Origin: a virus
Taxonomy: Duplodnaviria > Caudoviricetes
IMG/VR virus record: IMGVR_UViG_3300005662_000207
Span: 1-25,711 of that record
Direction: 5' to 3' (one strand)
DNA: 25,711 nt
Below the pieces are notes generated by a model. It was given only the letters and a program-made list of their open reading frames with translations. It did no database searches and was not told the DNA's origin. Shown here in pieces: positions 7,875 to 16,478 of this stretch. The stretch's first letter is position 1; each line of letters starts with the position of its first letter. The translations under genes and the position numbers were made by a program.

Positions 7875-10022
7875 ATGGCTAGAACAATTACATCACCAGG
7901 TGTTCAAATAACAGAAAAAGAACTTGCTTTAAGAGTTGAAAATCCAACAGGACCAACCGTTGTCGTTCCAGGGTTTGCCTCTCAAGGGCCAGTTGCTGAA
8001 CCAATTACAATTACTACTCTCAGCGAACTCGAATCCATTTATGGCACCCCAACCACTCAAGCAGAAAAATACTTTTATTATACTTGCAAAGAAGTATTAA
8101 ATTCTCCAGGCGTTCTTACAACTTTGAGATTGCCTTACGGTGCAGGAGCTGGAGCAGCATTTTCTAACGCCTATAGTGGTCTTTTTTATCCCATGACTTC
8201 AGGCGTAGATACCACCACTGGAGAATTGACCTCTTGGGATATTGGTGAACCGATTCATCAAACATTTACTAAAACTCAATATAACGAGCTTGTACAAGGC
8301 AACTTTACATGGATGGATGTTGCTGATCCAATTACAGGAGCAGCATCTGTAGCACTTGGACCAAACAACATTACAGCCGGCTTTTTTATCTTAAACGATC
8401 TACAAACAATCGTTAATGAAGCTGCTGAAGGTTATTATATTGGCCTTGGTACTAATGGATTTGCAAATGCATTGACTTCTCCAGACTTTGATGTTGTAAC
8501 TGAACTCGTTACTCTTTCGTCTGTTGGCTCTTCTACATGGATGCCTGTATCCGACACAAAACTCGATTTTGCTCTTTCCGCAACAGCTATAGATTCTTTG
8601 AGAGGGGTAACTTCCGTTTCAGAAGTTCTTGAAAAGGCTGGTTTCGCTGGTTTTGAACAACAATACTATGCAGATCATCTAGCAGTTGGCGTTTTCAGAG
8701 TTCGTCAATCAATTGCTGATTCGGCTTTAATGTCGCTCGCTGCTAATGAAAAGTATCTTGGTTCGATTAACCAAAGCCGAAAACAGCATACAGGTGGTGG
8801 CGGAGGTTTACAAAACGCTTTCGTAGAGGATATTGTAAACAACGCTTCCCCAACAATTAAGCTTTATATTAACGAACACATTTCTACAGATTTCAACTGG
8901 CTCAGAAACAGCACTATACCAACTTGCAAACTTACTATTAAAGATGAAGCTCGTAAGTTGTTCCCATTAGGTGTATATACCCCTGATGCTAGAGCAGCTT
9001 CAGCTGTAAAAGTCATTGGTGATGTTCCATTAAAGGTAGAAAAAGTTTTAAGAGCTGTCGAAAGTCTTGAAAACGCCACAGTAGACGTTCTTACGGATGC
9101 CGGTCTTTCAACCATTTATTCCATGGTTGAGTATGCAGGCGGTGGCACAGTCAACTTCGATGATACTGATTACATTCCAGCTGCAAATTTACTCTATCCA
9201 AAATGGTTAGAAGTAGCAGAAAAATTAAACGCTTATTCAGAAGTAACTAGAAAAGATTGCGTAACCATTCTTGATGCTCCTAGAGCTGTCTTTGTATCAG
9301 GCAAAGACGCTAAAATTATAGACATGGAAGATCGTTCTTTTATTAACGATATATACAGTCCTTTAAAATTGATTTCGCAATCATTTGATTCTAGTTATTC
9401 TTGCATGTACGCAAACTGGGTCAAGGTTCCAGATGCATTTACAAGCAAACGCATGTGGATTCCTTTTTCTGGATACGCTGCAGCTGTTTTTGCTAGAAGT
9501 GATATGTCAGGCAATCCTTGGTCAGCTCCAGCTGGCTTAAGAAGAGGCAAGTTTGATGTATTGGATCTCGCTTTAAATCCTAATCAAAAGCAAAAAGATC
9601 GTCTTTACGAACTTTCTATGAATCCAGTCGTCTACATGAACGGAGAGGGATTTGTTATTATGGGTCAAAAAACCTTACAATCTCGTCCAACAGCATTTGA
9701 TCGTTTGAATGTCAGACGCCTCTTTTTAGCTCTTGAAAGAGCAACATATAAATCGGCTAGAACGTTTGTATTTGAACCAAATACAAGCTTTACAAGAACC
9801 AAACTAAAAACAAGCTTAACCCCAATATTTGAGTTTGCTAAATCTACTGAAGGTTTGTTTGAATATCTCATTGTTTGCGATGAACGCAACAATACCGTTG
9901 ACAATGTCGACAACAACGAAATGATTGTAGACATTTATGTTAAACCAGTTCGTTCAGCTGAGTTTATCTTGGTTAATTTCATTGCAACAAGAACAGGACA
10001 AAACTTCCAAGAGTTAGCTTAA
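7875..10022 (+). CDS. tail sheath protein (T4 gp18-like)
   Basis: N-terminal SPGVQITEKE; C-terminal WSAPAGLRRG, MNPVV, GQKTLQ, DRLNVRRLF, FEPN and IYVKPVRSAEFI motifs. Confidence 0.96.
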   Translation: MARTITSPGVQITEKELALRVENPTGPTVVVPGFASQGPVAEPITITTLSELESIYGTPTTQAEKYFYYTCKEVLNSPGVLTTLRLPYGAGAGAAFSNAYSGLFYPMTSGVDTTTGELTSWDIGEPIHQTFTKTQYNELVQGNFTWMDVADPITGAASVALGPNNITAGFFILNDLQTIVNEAAEGYYIGLGTNGFANALTSPDFDVVTELVTLSSVGSSTWMPVSDTKLDFALSATAIDSLRGVTSVSEVLEKAGFAGFEQQYYADHLAVGVFRVRQSIADSALMSLAANEKYLGSINQSRKQHTGGGGGLQNAFVEDIVNNASPTIKLYINEHISTDFNWLRNSTIPTCKLTIKDEARKLFPLGVYTPDARAASAVKVIGDVPLKVEKVLRAVESLENATVDVLTDAGLSTIYSMVEYAGGGTVNFDDTDYIPAANLLYPKWLEVAEKLNAYSEVTRKDCVTILDAPRAVFVSGKDAKIIDMEDRSFINDIYSPLKLISQSFDSSYSCMYANWVKVPDAFTSKRMWIPFSGYAAAVFARSDMSGNPWSAPAGLRRGKFDVLDLALNPNQKQKDRLYELSMNPVVYMNGEGFVIMGQKTLQSRPTAFDRLNVRRLFLALERATYKSARTFVFEPNTSFTRTKLKTSLTPIFEFAKSTEGLFEYLIVCDERNNTVDNVDNNEMIVDIYVKPVRSAEFILVNFIATRTGQNFQELA

Positions 10023-10042
10023 CATTCTAAATAAATAAACAT

Positions 10043-10645
10043 ATGGCAAATCAATCAATATACTCCTTCTACACAACAGCTTCGAAAAAAGATTTCGCAA
10101 GACAGTTTCAATTCAGATTGCTGACTTTCGGCAACATTGCTTTTGACGAAGAACATCTAACCTACGTTGAGACAGCTTCTTTACCAGGTAGAACTATCAC
10201 CAATATTCCTGTACCATACATGGGTCTCGACTTCAATGTTCCTGGCACAGTCAAATATCCTGGTTCTGCTGGTTATCAAGTTACATTTAGATGCGATCAA
10301 GATTATGATATCCGTTCTGCTCTCGAAGCCGCTACTTATAACATTTTCGACGAAGCCACCTCTTCTGGTCAATACAATCTCCCAGGAGAAGGAGTTACAA
10401 TCAGCATGGAACTTTACGACAAGAACTTTAATCCTGTTCGTTACTACACGCTTTACGGTGTTTATGTACAAGCAATTGCTGATACTCAATACGATATTAA
10501 AGATACAGGCAACATTGCAACATGTCAGGCAACTCTTGCTTATCAATTCTGGAGATCTTCCGGCAAAGGAGATGGCGCGTTCAGTGCACCAGTCGTCAAA
10601 TCGAGTCCTTTTTCAGCTAAGGTTCCGTCTTGGAAAGGAAGCTGA
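10043..10645 (+). CDS. tail tube protein (T4 gp19-like)
   Basis: FARQFQF, TASLPGRTI, VPYMG...PG, YTLYGVY and TLAYQFW; directly follows the sheath gene. Confidence 0.88.
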   Translation: MANQSIYSFYTTASKKDFARQFQFRLLTFGNIAFDEEHLTYVETASLPGRTITNIPVPYMGLDFNVPGTVKYPGSAGYQVTFRCDQDYDIRSALEAATYNIFDEATSSGQYNLPGEGVTISMELYDKNFNPVRYYTLYGVYVQAIADTQYDIKDTGNIATCQATLAYQFWRSSGKGDGAFSAPVVKSSPFSAKVPSWKGS

Positions 10646-10670
10646 AAAGCATCTACATAAAAACTATTTT

Positions 10671-10702
10671 AAAAACGCCTCGCAAGAGGCGTTTTTTTTT
10701 TT
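10671..10702 (+). terminator. intrinsic (rho-independent) terminator
   Basis: AAAAACGCCTC-GCAA-GAGGCGTTTTT stem with a GNRA loop, followed by a long T run. Confidence 0.92.
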
Positions 10703-10703
10703 G

Positions 10704-10731
10704 TTGCTTTATTTGCTTATGGTCTGATAAT
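10704..10731 (+). promoter_or_regulatory. sigma70-like promoter (TTGCTT-N16-GATAAT)
   Basis: Starts right after the terminator; ATG at 10739, 7 nt after the -10 box. Confidence 0.5.
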
Positions 10732-10738
10732 TACCTCA

Positions 10739-10978
10739 ATGAATACAGCTACATGGAAATCTATTAAATCCCCAGTAATGCAAGAAATTCGTCTCGCTTT
10801 GAAAGGCAAAGCTGAGCCAGGTAAACCCACAATGAGCAGAAAAGAAGCAAATCGAGTATGGAGAGAAGACATTCTCGGAATTCGTTCAGAAGATCAAAAA
10901 AAAGAAGACAAAGCTCGGAGACAATCTAAAAATTCAAAAGCTCTCCAATTTAAAGAAATTGAAGACGGTCAGGTATGA
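10739..10978 (+). CDS. small basic hypothetical protein
   Basis: 79 aa; ATGA overlap with the next ORF. Confidence 0.6.
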   Translation: MNTATWKSIKSPVMQEIRLALKGKAEPGKPTMSRKEANRVWREDILGIRSEDQKKEDKARRQSKNSKALQFKEIEDGQV

Positions 10979-11244
10979 AGGTTGTTTGGAGCGTTATTTT
11001 GTTTCTAGCTCAAGGAGTTATTTACGGTAATGAAGTTCCCAAATTTACTTTATATGGCAAAACTAGTTACACTAAACAAAGCACACAATCTTTAGTTACG
11101 ACTTTAAATGCGGAATACTCTTATTATTTCCACAAAAACTTAAATTATGCTTTGTACTTTGGAGGTAAGGTGTCAACGGACATGGACCATTTTGGCAATG
11201 AAATAAAAACAAACGTATTTACGGTAATAGGTATTGATTTTTAG
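10975..11244 (+). CDS. small secreted protein, possibly an outer-membrane beta-stranded protein
   Basis: Signal-peptide-like N-terminus, about four amphipathic beta-strands, C-terminal GIDF. Confidence 0.55.
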   Translation: MKVVWSVILFLAQGVIYGNEVPKFTLYGKTSYTKQSTQSLVTTLNAEYSYYFHKNLNYALYFGGKVSTDMDHFGNEIKTNVFTVIGIDF

Positions 11245-11261
11245 TAGCAGTAGTGTAATAT
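11234..11261 (+). promoter_or_regulatory. sigma70-like promoter (TTGATT-N16-TAATAT)
   Basis: ATG at 11268, 6 nt after the -10 box. Confidence 0.45.
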
Positions 11262-11267
11262 TTTATT

Positions 11268-11639
11268 ATGAAAAAAACTTTAAAGCCAGCAACAAGAGAA
11301 GAAGCGACTTATTATTCAGACTTTTCAGGCAAGTGTTTTGGGGAGTTTGGCCCACCGATCGAATTAACAATTTCTTGTTCATATGGGTCTAAGTACGACG
11401 GCGCAGGTGTACAATTACATCTCGATGATAGTGAATTTAGATTGATTCTCGAACTTATTAAAAAATCTTTGTCGGAGGATTATAAAAACGACACAAAGAA
11501 AACAATAGATAGATTAGAGAAAACATTCGATGACGCCACTCAAATGAGAGACTGGGAACACTGCGATATCATTTCAAACAGTCTTTGGTTTTGGAGAGAG
11601 CTTTTGGGGTTGACTGAAGAGTATAAAGAGGTAGAATAA
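11268..11639 (+). CDS. hypothetical protein
   Basis: 123 aa, tight gene packing. Confidence 0.65.
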   Translation: MKKTLKPATREEATYYSDFSGKCFGEFGPPIELTISCSYGSKYDGAGVQLHLDDSEFRLILELIKKSLSEDYKNDTKKTIDRLEKTFDDATQMRDWEHCDIISNSLWFWRELLGLTEEYKEVE

Positions 11640-11643
11640 AGAT

Positions 11644-12240
11644 ATGGGCATGTACGACGAACTAACTATAAAAACACATCTTCCTCTTCCAGAGGAAATC
11701 AAGCATTTAAATATTGATTGGAAAAATCACAGATTTCAAACCAAAGATCTTGAAAACTGTCTTATTGACTATGTGCTCACAGAGCAAGGTAGGCTTGTAG
11801 AGCGCGTTGTTGATAGAGAGTATATCGAATATACAGAAGACGAAAAGAAAGACCGCAAACCTTGGAATATCTGGAAAGATGTAATTGAAAAAAACGAACG
11901 ATTCGAAGACACAAATTTTCACGGAACTGTATTTTTTTACGCATTCGAAGAATTTGATGACAAATATGACTTTTGGCTGGATTACAGGGCTTATTTTGTG
12001 TACGGTAAACTCGACAAAATTGAATTAATAGAGTTTAAAAAAACCAAATCTTATAAAATTACTAATAGAGAGTTTGAAGAACGTTATAAATTAGAAGCTA
12101 AGCGGCCTTGGAACGTATTCAAACGATTGGCTTCCTATTTGGGTTGGAGTTGGTTCTGGAAAAAAAGTTCTAATTTATGCCAACGTCTTTCTAATACATT
12201 TAATTATATACATTCGTTTATTTTAAGAAATTTTTTATAA
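11644..12240 (+). CDS. phage hypothetical protein
   Basis: MGMYDEL...FQTKDLENCL N-terminus of a type I recognise from phage hypothetical proteins; function unknown. Confidence 0.65.
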   Translation: MGMYDELTIKTHLPLPEEIKHLNIDWKNHRFQTKDLENCLIDYVLTEQGRLVERVVDREYIEYTEDEKKDRKPWNIWKDVIEKNERFEDTNFHGTVFFYAFEEFDDKYDFWLDYRAYFVYGKLDKIELIEFKKTKSYKITNREFEERYKLEAKRPWNVFKRLASYLGWSWFWKKSSNLCQRLSNTFNYIHSFILRNFL

Positions 12241-12241
12241 T

Positions 12242-12460
12242 ATGAGAGCCACTCTAAAATTCGATTTGCTAGAAGAAAGAGATGAGTTTGAAACCGCAGT
12301 AAACGGTTGGAAATATCGTTCTGTACTGTGGGATTTGGATAATTTTCTTCGTTCCAAATTAAAATACGAAGAACTAAATGACAGCGAATATGTTGTTTAC
12401 GAAAAAATAAGAGAACAGCTTTGGAATCTCTTAAACGAAGACAATTTAACATTGCATTGA
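12242..12460 (+). CDS. small phage hypothetical protein
   Basis: 72 aa, abuts both neighbours. Confidence 0.65.
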   Translation: MRATLKFDLLEERDEFETAVNGWKYRSVLWDLDNFLRSKLKYEELNDSEYVVYEKIREQLWNLLNEDNLTLH

Positions 12461-12873
12461 GCTCAAGAATTTCTTGGGAGTCTTATGCTCTCAAAATAGC
12501 CAGCGTTGCTGCGCAGAGATCAGAAGACCCATTTAAGCAAGTCGGAGCATGTGCCTTAGATTTTTCTAATCGAGTTATAGGCGTTGCTTATAATGGGTTG
12601 GCTCCTGGTATTGACGTAAAAGACACCTTCTGGTCGGACCGTGACGCCAGGAGGCCTTATATTATTCACGCTGAAACAAATTTACTTTCGTTATTTAAAC
12701 GAGGAGAATGCAAATTACTAGCTTGCACGCTTTTACCTTGTCATTGTTGCGCTAATGCAATCGTTGCCCACGGAGTTAAAAAAGTAGTTTACTCCGAAGA
12801 ATATATGAGAGACACCCAAGCTTTAAGCATATTTGAATTTAATGGAATCGAGTGCCAACAATTGCCAATTTAA
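12457..12873 (+). CDS. dCMP deaminase
   Basis: SW...A..AAQRSED...QVGA, YNG, HAETN and PCHCCA. The likely start is TTG at 12457 (TTGA overlap); the ORF track starts at 12421. Confidence 0.9.
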   Translation: MSSRISWESYALKIASVAAQRSEDPFKQVGACALDFSNRVIGVAYNGLAPGIDVKDTFWSDRDARRPYIIHAETNLLSLFKRGECKLLACTLLPCHCCANAIVAHGVKKVVYSEEYMRDTQALSIFEFNGIECQQLPI

Positions 12874-13273
12874 AAGATTGGAAGAGGTAGCAGAATCGCT
12901 AATTGATTGGTCCGAATCTCGTCGTTGCAGGCACTATTCTTTTATTTTGTACAAAAAGCGGATCATTTCTATTGGCACAAATAAGCCCAAAACACATCCC
13001 ACTAATCTAATAAACAGAAAAGTTTCAATTAAAACAGGAGAAGATTTTTCAGATCAAAAACACATTTGCAGTGAATTTGATGCTATATCAAAGCTCAAGC
13101 GTCTCACTAATATTAATACAAAACGCTGCACTCTCATTAATTTGAGATACGATCGCAACAAAAAAATTGCGTTAGCGTCTCCATGCATGAGTTGCAAAAG
13201 TTTGCTCAATTACTTTGAGTTTAAATCTGTTTTGTATACAGACAACGAAGGAACATATCAAATCTATAAATAG
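12842..13273 (+). CDS. second zinc-dependent cytidine/deoxycytidylate deaminase-fold protein
   Basis: HYSFIL.KKRIISIGTN, HICSEFDAI (CxE in place of HAE), SPCMSC, VLYT. Start uncertain (12833 or 12842). Confidence 0.7.
   Translation: MESSANNCQFKRLEEVAESLIDWSESRRCRHYSFILYKKRIISIGTNKPKTHPTNLINRKVSIKTGEDFSDQKHICSEFDAISKLKRLTNINTKRCTLINLRYDRNKKIALASPCMSCKSLLNYFEFKSVLYTDNEGTYQIYK
13265..13272 (+). promoter_or_regulatory. T4-type late promoter TATAAATA (representative of a recurring TAAnTA box)
   Basis: Core TAAATA also occurs at 7681, 7862, 10032 and 25681 (+) and at 18809-14, 20763-68, 22639-44 and 24548-53 (-), each 5-7 nt before an ATG. Confidence 0.75.
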
Positions 13274-13277
13274 TATT

Positions 13278-14123
13278 ATGAATTCGTTTGCAAATTATTA
13301 TACGTTAAAAGAAGCTAAATTCCGAGAGATTCCTGATTTGGTTGTACAAGAGGCAGGAAAGATTGTGGATGAATACCTTAAACAGACCAAAGAAATTACA
13401 CCGCAAACAATTAGACAACTTAAGAAGATTGGTTTGTCTCCAGAATGGAAAAGCTACTATGAAGACCAATCTGGAGAAATATGGTTCGTTGCTGAGTTAA
13501 CTAAAATCAAATTCGTGGATCTAACCACTAACAAACCAGTCAAATATCAAGTTTATGTTGCACTAGGAAAAAATAATCAAGATTACGCTGAATGTGATTA
13601 TACAAATAAAGTTATAACTATTTTTGATAGCACTTGTAGAGGAGTTTCTAGAGAAAAGCTTGTATCTATAATGGTTCATGAGATCACACATGGGTTTCAA
13701 CAACACAAAAAGTACACAGATAGATATGAAAAAATGAAATCGAACAAGAAAACTCCAACTTCAGAGCTCGACACCCAATATTATCATGAGCCGATAGAGT
13801 TCGACGCGTTTACTACAGAAATTGCTCACACAATTCAAGCGGAATATGCAAAGCTTGTAAATAACATTAATAATTCCAAACTACCAGAAACAAAGGTTTT
13901 AATGCAAAGAAAGCTTGAAAAGTTCTTAATGGAGCTCAAAATGTTTATTAAATCTCCTCTCGATACATATTTTGCATACAAGGAACTTCCTCTACCTTCA
14001 TCATTAGAAACGTTCCACGAAATGCTTTCTACGATCGTTAAAACACCAAAATTGTGGAAAAAGTTGAAATTAAAGATGGTGAATCTCTACAAAAAAATGT
14101 CTGGCTCTTCAGAAATTGCTTGA
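13278..14123 (+). CDS. zincin-like metalloprotease (HExxH), putative virion internal protein
   Basis: VHEITHGFQ plus downstream YYHEPIEFDAF (candidate third-ligand Glu). TATAAATA at 13265-13272 places the start at ATG 13278. Confidence 0.7.
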   Translation: MNSFANYYTLKEAKFREIPDLVVQEAGKIVDEYLKQTKEITPQTIRQLKKIGLSPEWKSYYEDQSGEIWFVAELTKIKFVDLTTNKPVKYQVYVALGKNNQDYAECDYTNKVITIFDSTCRGVSREKLVSIMVHEITHGFQQHKKYTDRYEKMKSNKKTPTSELDTQYYHEPIEFDAFTTEIAHTIQAEYAKLVNNINNSKLPETKVLMQRKLEKFLMELKMFIKSPLDTYFAYKELPLPSSLETFHEMLSTIVKTPKLWKKLKLKMVNLYKKMSGSSEIA

Positions 14124-14147
14124 CATTAGATTCTAATGTAGTATATT
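14120..14147 (+). promoter_or_regulatory. sigma70-like promoter (TTGACA-N16-TATATT) containing a perfect 8-1-8 inverted repeat
   Basis: ACATTAGA-T-TCTAATGT at 14123-14139 overlaps the -35 box and spacer. Confidence 0.65.
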
Positions 14148-14161
14148 AACACAATAAGCAC

Positions 14162-14248
14162 ATGAACAATCGAAGGCGCAATATGATTATAGCTAGTCTC
14201 ATAATTGTCTTGTTTTCCTTTCTTTGCTTGCTCACGCTTATTGATTAA
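14162..14248 (+). CDS. 28-aa single-pass membrane peptide, not in the ORF track
   Basis: MNNRRRNMIIASLIIVLFSFLCLLTLID*: basic N-terminus followed by a hydrophobic helix; ends 6 nt before the ligase start. Confidence 0.5.
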   Translation: MNNRRRNMIIASLIIVLFSFLCLLTLID

Positions 14249-14254
14249 TACACG

Positions 14255-15346
14255 GTGAAAATACAACTTCCATCTGAAAAAAACGGCTTCCAATTACACC
14301 CTCGTATATTCTGTGGGTTGGAATCGTTTTTGATTGTTCCTACAATAGATGCTATTTGGACATCAGAAAACCTATACAATCGTTCGTTAATCGTTGACTC
14401 TCATGGAGAAGTTTTATCCTGCGGTTGGCCTAAATTCTTCAATAACGGAGAACAGCCACGATTATACCCAGATCCCGAACAATTTAAAGATTGGGTTATA
14501 CAAGAAAAATTAGATGGTTCTCTAGCAATCGTCGACTTTGTTAACGATACGTTCAGCATGCGCACTCGCGGTTGCTCTACGTATACTGTACAAGAAAATC
14601 ACAAAGATTTTGAAATGCTTTTGGAAAAATATCCAAAAACTCAGGAATTTCTTAAAAATCACTCTCACTTTTCATTGCTTTTTGAAATTGTTACTCCAAA
14701 CAATGTAATAGTTATACGTCCAAAAGAAGTAGAGTTTTATTTGCTTGGGGCAATAGATAAAAACGTTATGTCGGTTGTTTCAAACCAGGAGCTTTTAGAT
14801 ATATGGAGAGGCATTGGATGTACCCCAATGCCTAAAACTTACCAAATAGACAACGTTAAGAATTTACACTCAATAGCTAATCTAGTTAAAAACTGGAAAG
14901 GTTCTGAAGGAGTAGTTGTTTCTTACAACAAAAATCAAAATCGAGTAAAGATAAAATCTGACTGGTATTTGTGGATACATAAAGCAAAATCTCAATTGAA
15001 TTCAGAAGACAATCTAATTGATTTTTACATACAAAGCGACATGCCGCTTTACGAGGATTTTTACAAGCTTGTTGAAACGGAATTCGACTACGAGCTTGCT
15101 CAGCAACTTGACGATGCAATTAAAAAAGTAGCGGAAGCTGGTTTGTCTGCTCAAAAACACATCGATAATTTGCGCCAAATAATTCATGAAATAAGCAACG
15201 TAGAAACAAGAAAAGAACAGGCCACAATGATAAAGCAACATTGCAAAGAATATTCAGCATATGCTTTTTCTTTGTTAGACGAAAAGACAATCTCTAAAGT
15301 ACAATGGACAAAACTAATTAAACAGAAGTTTTCATATGAAAGTTAA
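14255..15346 (+). CDS. RNA ligase, T4 Rnl1 (RnlA)-like
   Basis: WPKFFN, motif I EKLDGS, FEIV, motif IV EGVVV, motif V RVKIKSDWY. Confidence 0.88.
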   Translation: MKIQLPSEKNGFQLHPRIFCGLESFLIVPTIDAIWTSENLYNRSLIVDSHGEVLSCGWPKFFNNGEQPRLYPDPEQFKDWVIQEKLDGSLAIVDFVNDTFSMRTRGCSTYTVQENHKDFEMLLEKYPKTQEFLKNHSHFSLLFEIVTPNNVIVIRPKEVEFYLLGAIDKNVMSVVSNQELLDIWRGIGCTPMPKTYQIDNVKNLHSIANLVKNWKGSEGVVVSYNKNQNRVKIKSDWYLWIHKAKSQLNSEDNLIDFYIQSDMPLYEDFYKLVETEFDYELAQQLDDAIKKVAEAGLSAQKHIDNLRQIIHEISNVETRKEQATMIKQHCKEYSAYAFSLLDEKTISKVQWTKLIKQKFSYES

Positions 15347-15557
15347 AGAACTTATACAACGACTTGCAGACAAAGATCCAGAAATGAGAGTGGTAGTTCA
15401 AGGATATGAAAGCGGCTTTGATGAACTAGACACAATTTATTTAGTGTCTATAGCAAAAAACTCCCACAAACAAGACAAGTGGTGGGACGGCGAATTTATA
15501 GAAACGCAAGTGGATGACGGAGAAGAAGTGGCTTTGTTGCTACCAAGAAAATCTTGA
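15336..15557 (+). CDS. small phage hypothetical protein
   Basis: MKVKELIQRL...DPEMRVVV.GYE.G, a common small-phage-protein pattern. Confidence 0.65.
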   Translation: MKVKELIQRLADKDPEMRVVVQGYESGFDELDTIYLVSIAKNSHKQDKWWDGEFIETQVDDGEEVALLLPRKS

Positions 15558-15558
15558 C

Positions 15559-15586
15559 TTGACTTTTACTTACAATAACGTAAATT
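15559..15586 (+). promoter_or_regulatory. sigma70-like promoter (TTGACT-N16-TAAATT)
   Basis: ATG at 15594, 7 nt after the -10 box. Confidence 0.45.
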
Positions 15587-15593
15587 TAATTAA

Positions 15594-16082
15594 ATGAAAG
15601 AAGAATTACAATTGGAATTGGTAAAAAAGTACCCTAAAATACTTAAAGACTTTCGGGGAGACCCTATGTCTACTTGCATGGCATGGGGGTTTGAGTGCGA
15701 TGATGGGTGGTACGAACTACTCGACAAATGCATGGAAAAAATGCAATATTTCTGCAATCTTTGTTCGAAAGATGGGAGAGACGTTCAAGTTGTAGCAAAT
15801 CAGATTAAAGAAAAGTATGGTACGCTTCGTTTTTATGTAAGTGTTTATGATGTAAACGAAACAGAAAACAACATTATAGACGACATCGTCAGCGAAGCGG
15901 AAAGAAAATCAAGTCGCACTTGCGAAGTTACTGGAGAAGAATACGCAGAGCCTTGCAAGCGTGGAGGATGGTATAAAACGCTTTGTTACAAACAAGCTAG
16001 AGAGCTCGGTTATGTAGCTTGTAATGAGGAAACTGAAAAATATTGGAAATCAAAAGATGAAAACAAAGCTGGTGACGATTGA
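15594..16082 (+). CDS. phage hypothetical protein, possibly Zn-binding
   Basis: GFECDDGW...QIKEKYGTLRFY...TCEVTG...GWYKTLC pattern. Confidence 0.7.
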   Translation: MKEELQLELVKKYPKILKDFRGDPMSTCMAWGFECDDGWYELLDKCMEKMQYFCNLCSKDGRDVQVVANQIKEKYGTLRFYVSVYDVNETENNIIDDIVSEAERKSSRTCEVTGEEYAEPCKRGGWYKTLCYKQARELGYVACNEETEKYWKSKDENKAGDD

Positions 16083-16320
16083 AGACTTAGAAGAATATGC
16101 GTTTTATGAGTCTGGTTTATCAGCTGATGGTTGTCTTCAGCATCTTGACAATTATGCCAAAGAAGCCATAAAAAGATATGGTAGAATTTTGTTGTTGAAT
16201 CAAAAAGACAGATACGTTGCCGGTTTCCAAGGTTGTTGTTATGCTTGTGAACCCGTGGGTATAAAGAATCAAGAGCTCGAGAAGAAAATTAAAGAATATG
16301 AATCAATAGTAATAGTTTAA
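16057..16320 (+). CDS. hypothetical protein with a CCYACE motif
   Basis: Likely start ATG 16057 (the ORF track gives 16024). Confidence 0.55.
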   Translation: MKTKLVTIEDLEEYAFYESGLSADGCLQHLDNYAKEAIKRYGRILLLNQKDRYVAGFQGCCYACEPVGIKNQELEKKIKEYESIVIV

Positions 16321-16478
16321 ATGTGAGTTCAAAAGACTATATGCAATACGTTTCAGATAGAAAAGGTCATGATTACAGATACGCCATTGATAATAAAAAG
16401 ATAAAAATGGAACTTGGATGGCGACCTAAAACCTCATTTGAGGACGGAATTGTTAAAACTATAAATTACTACAAATGA
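16317..16478 (+). pseudogene. C-terminal remnant of dTDP-glucose 4,6-dehydratase (RmlB/RfbB-like)
   Basis: Translates to LNVSSKDYMQYVSDRKGHDYRYAIDNKKIKMELGWRPKTSFEDGIVKTINYYK*, matching the RmlB DRPGHDxRYAID..KI..ELGW.P...FE.G...T C-terminus. There is an in-frame stop at 16299-16301 and no NAD-binding N-terminal domain. Confidence 0.85.

Noticed and set aside
13215-13277. ORF-track start of the HExxH protein at 13215
   Set aside because: Overlaps the upstream gene; TATAAATA-N5-ATG supports 13278. The same reasoning moves the 22648 start to 22633.
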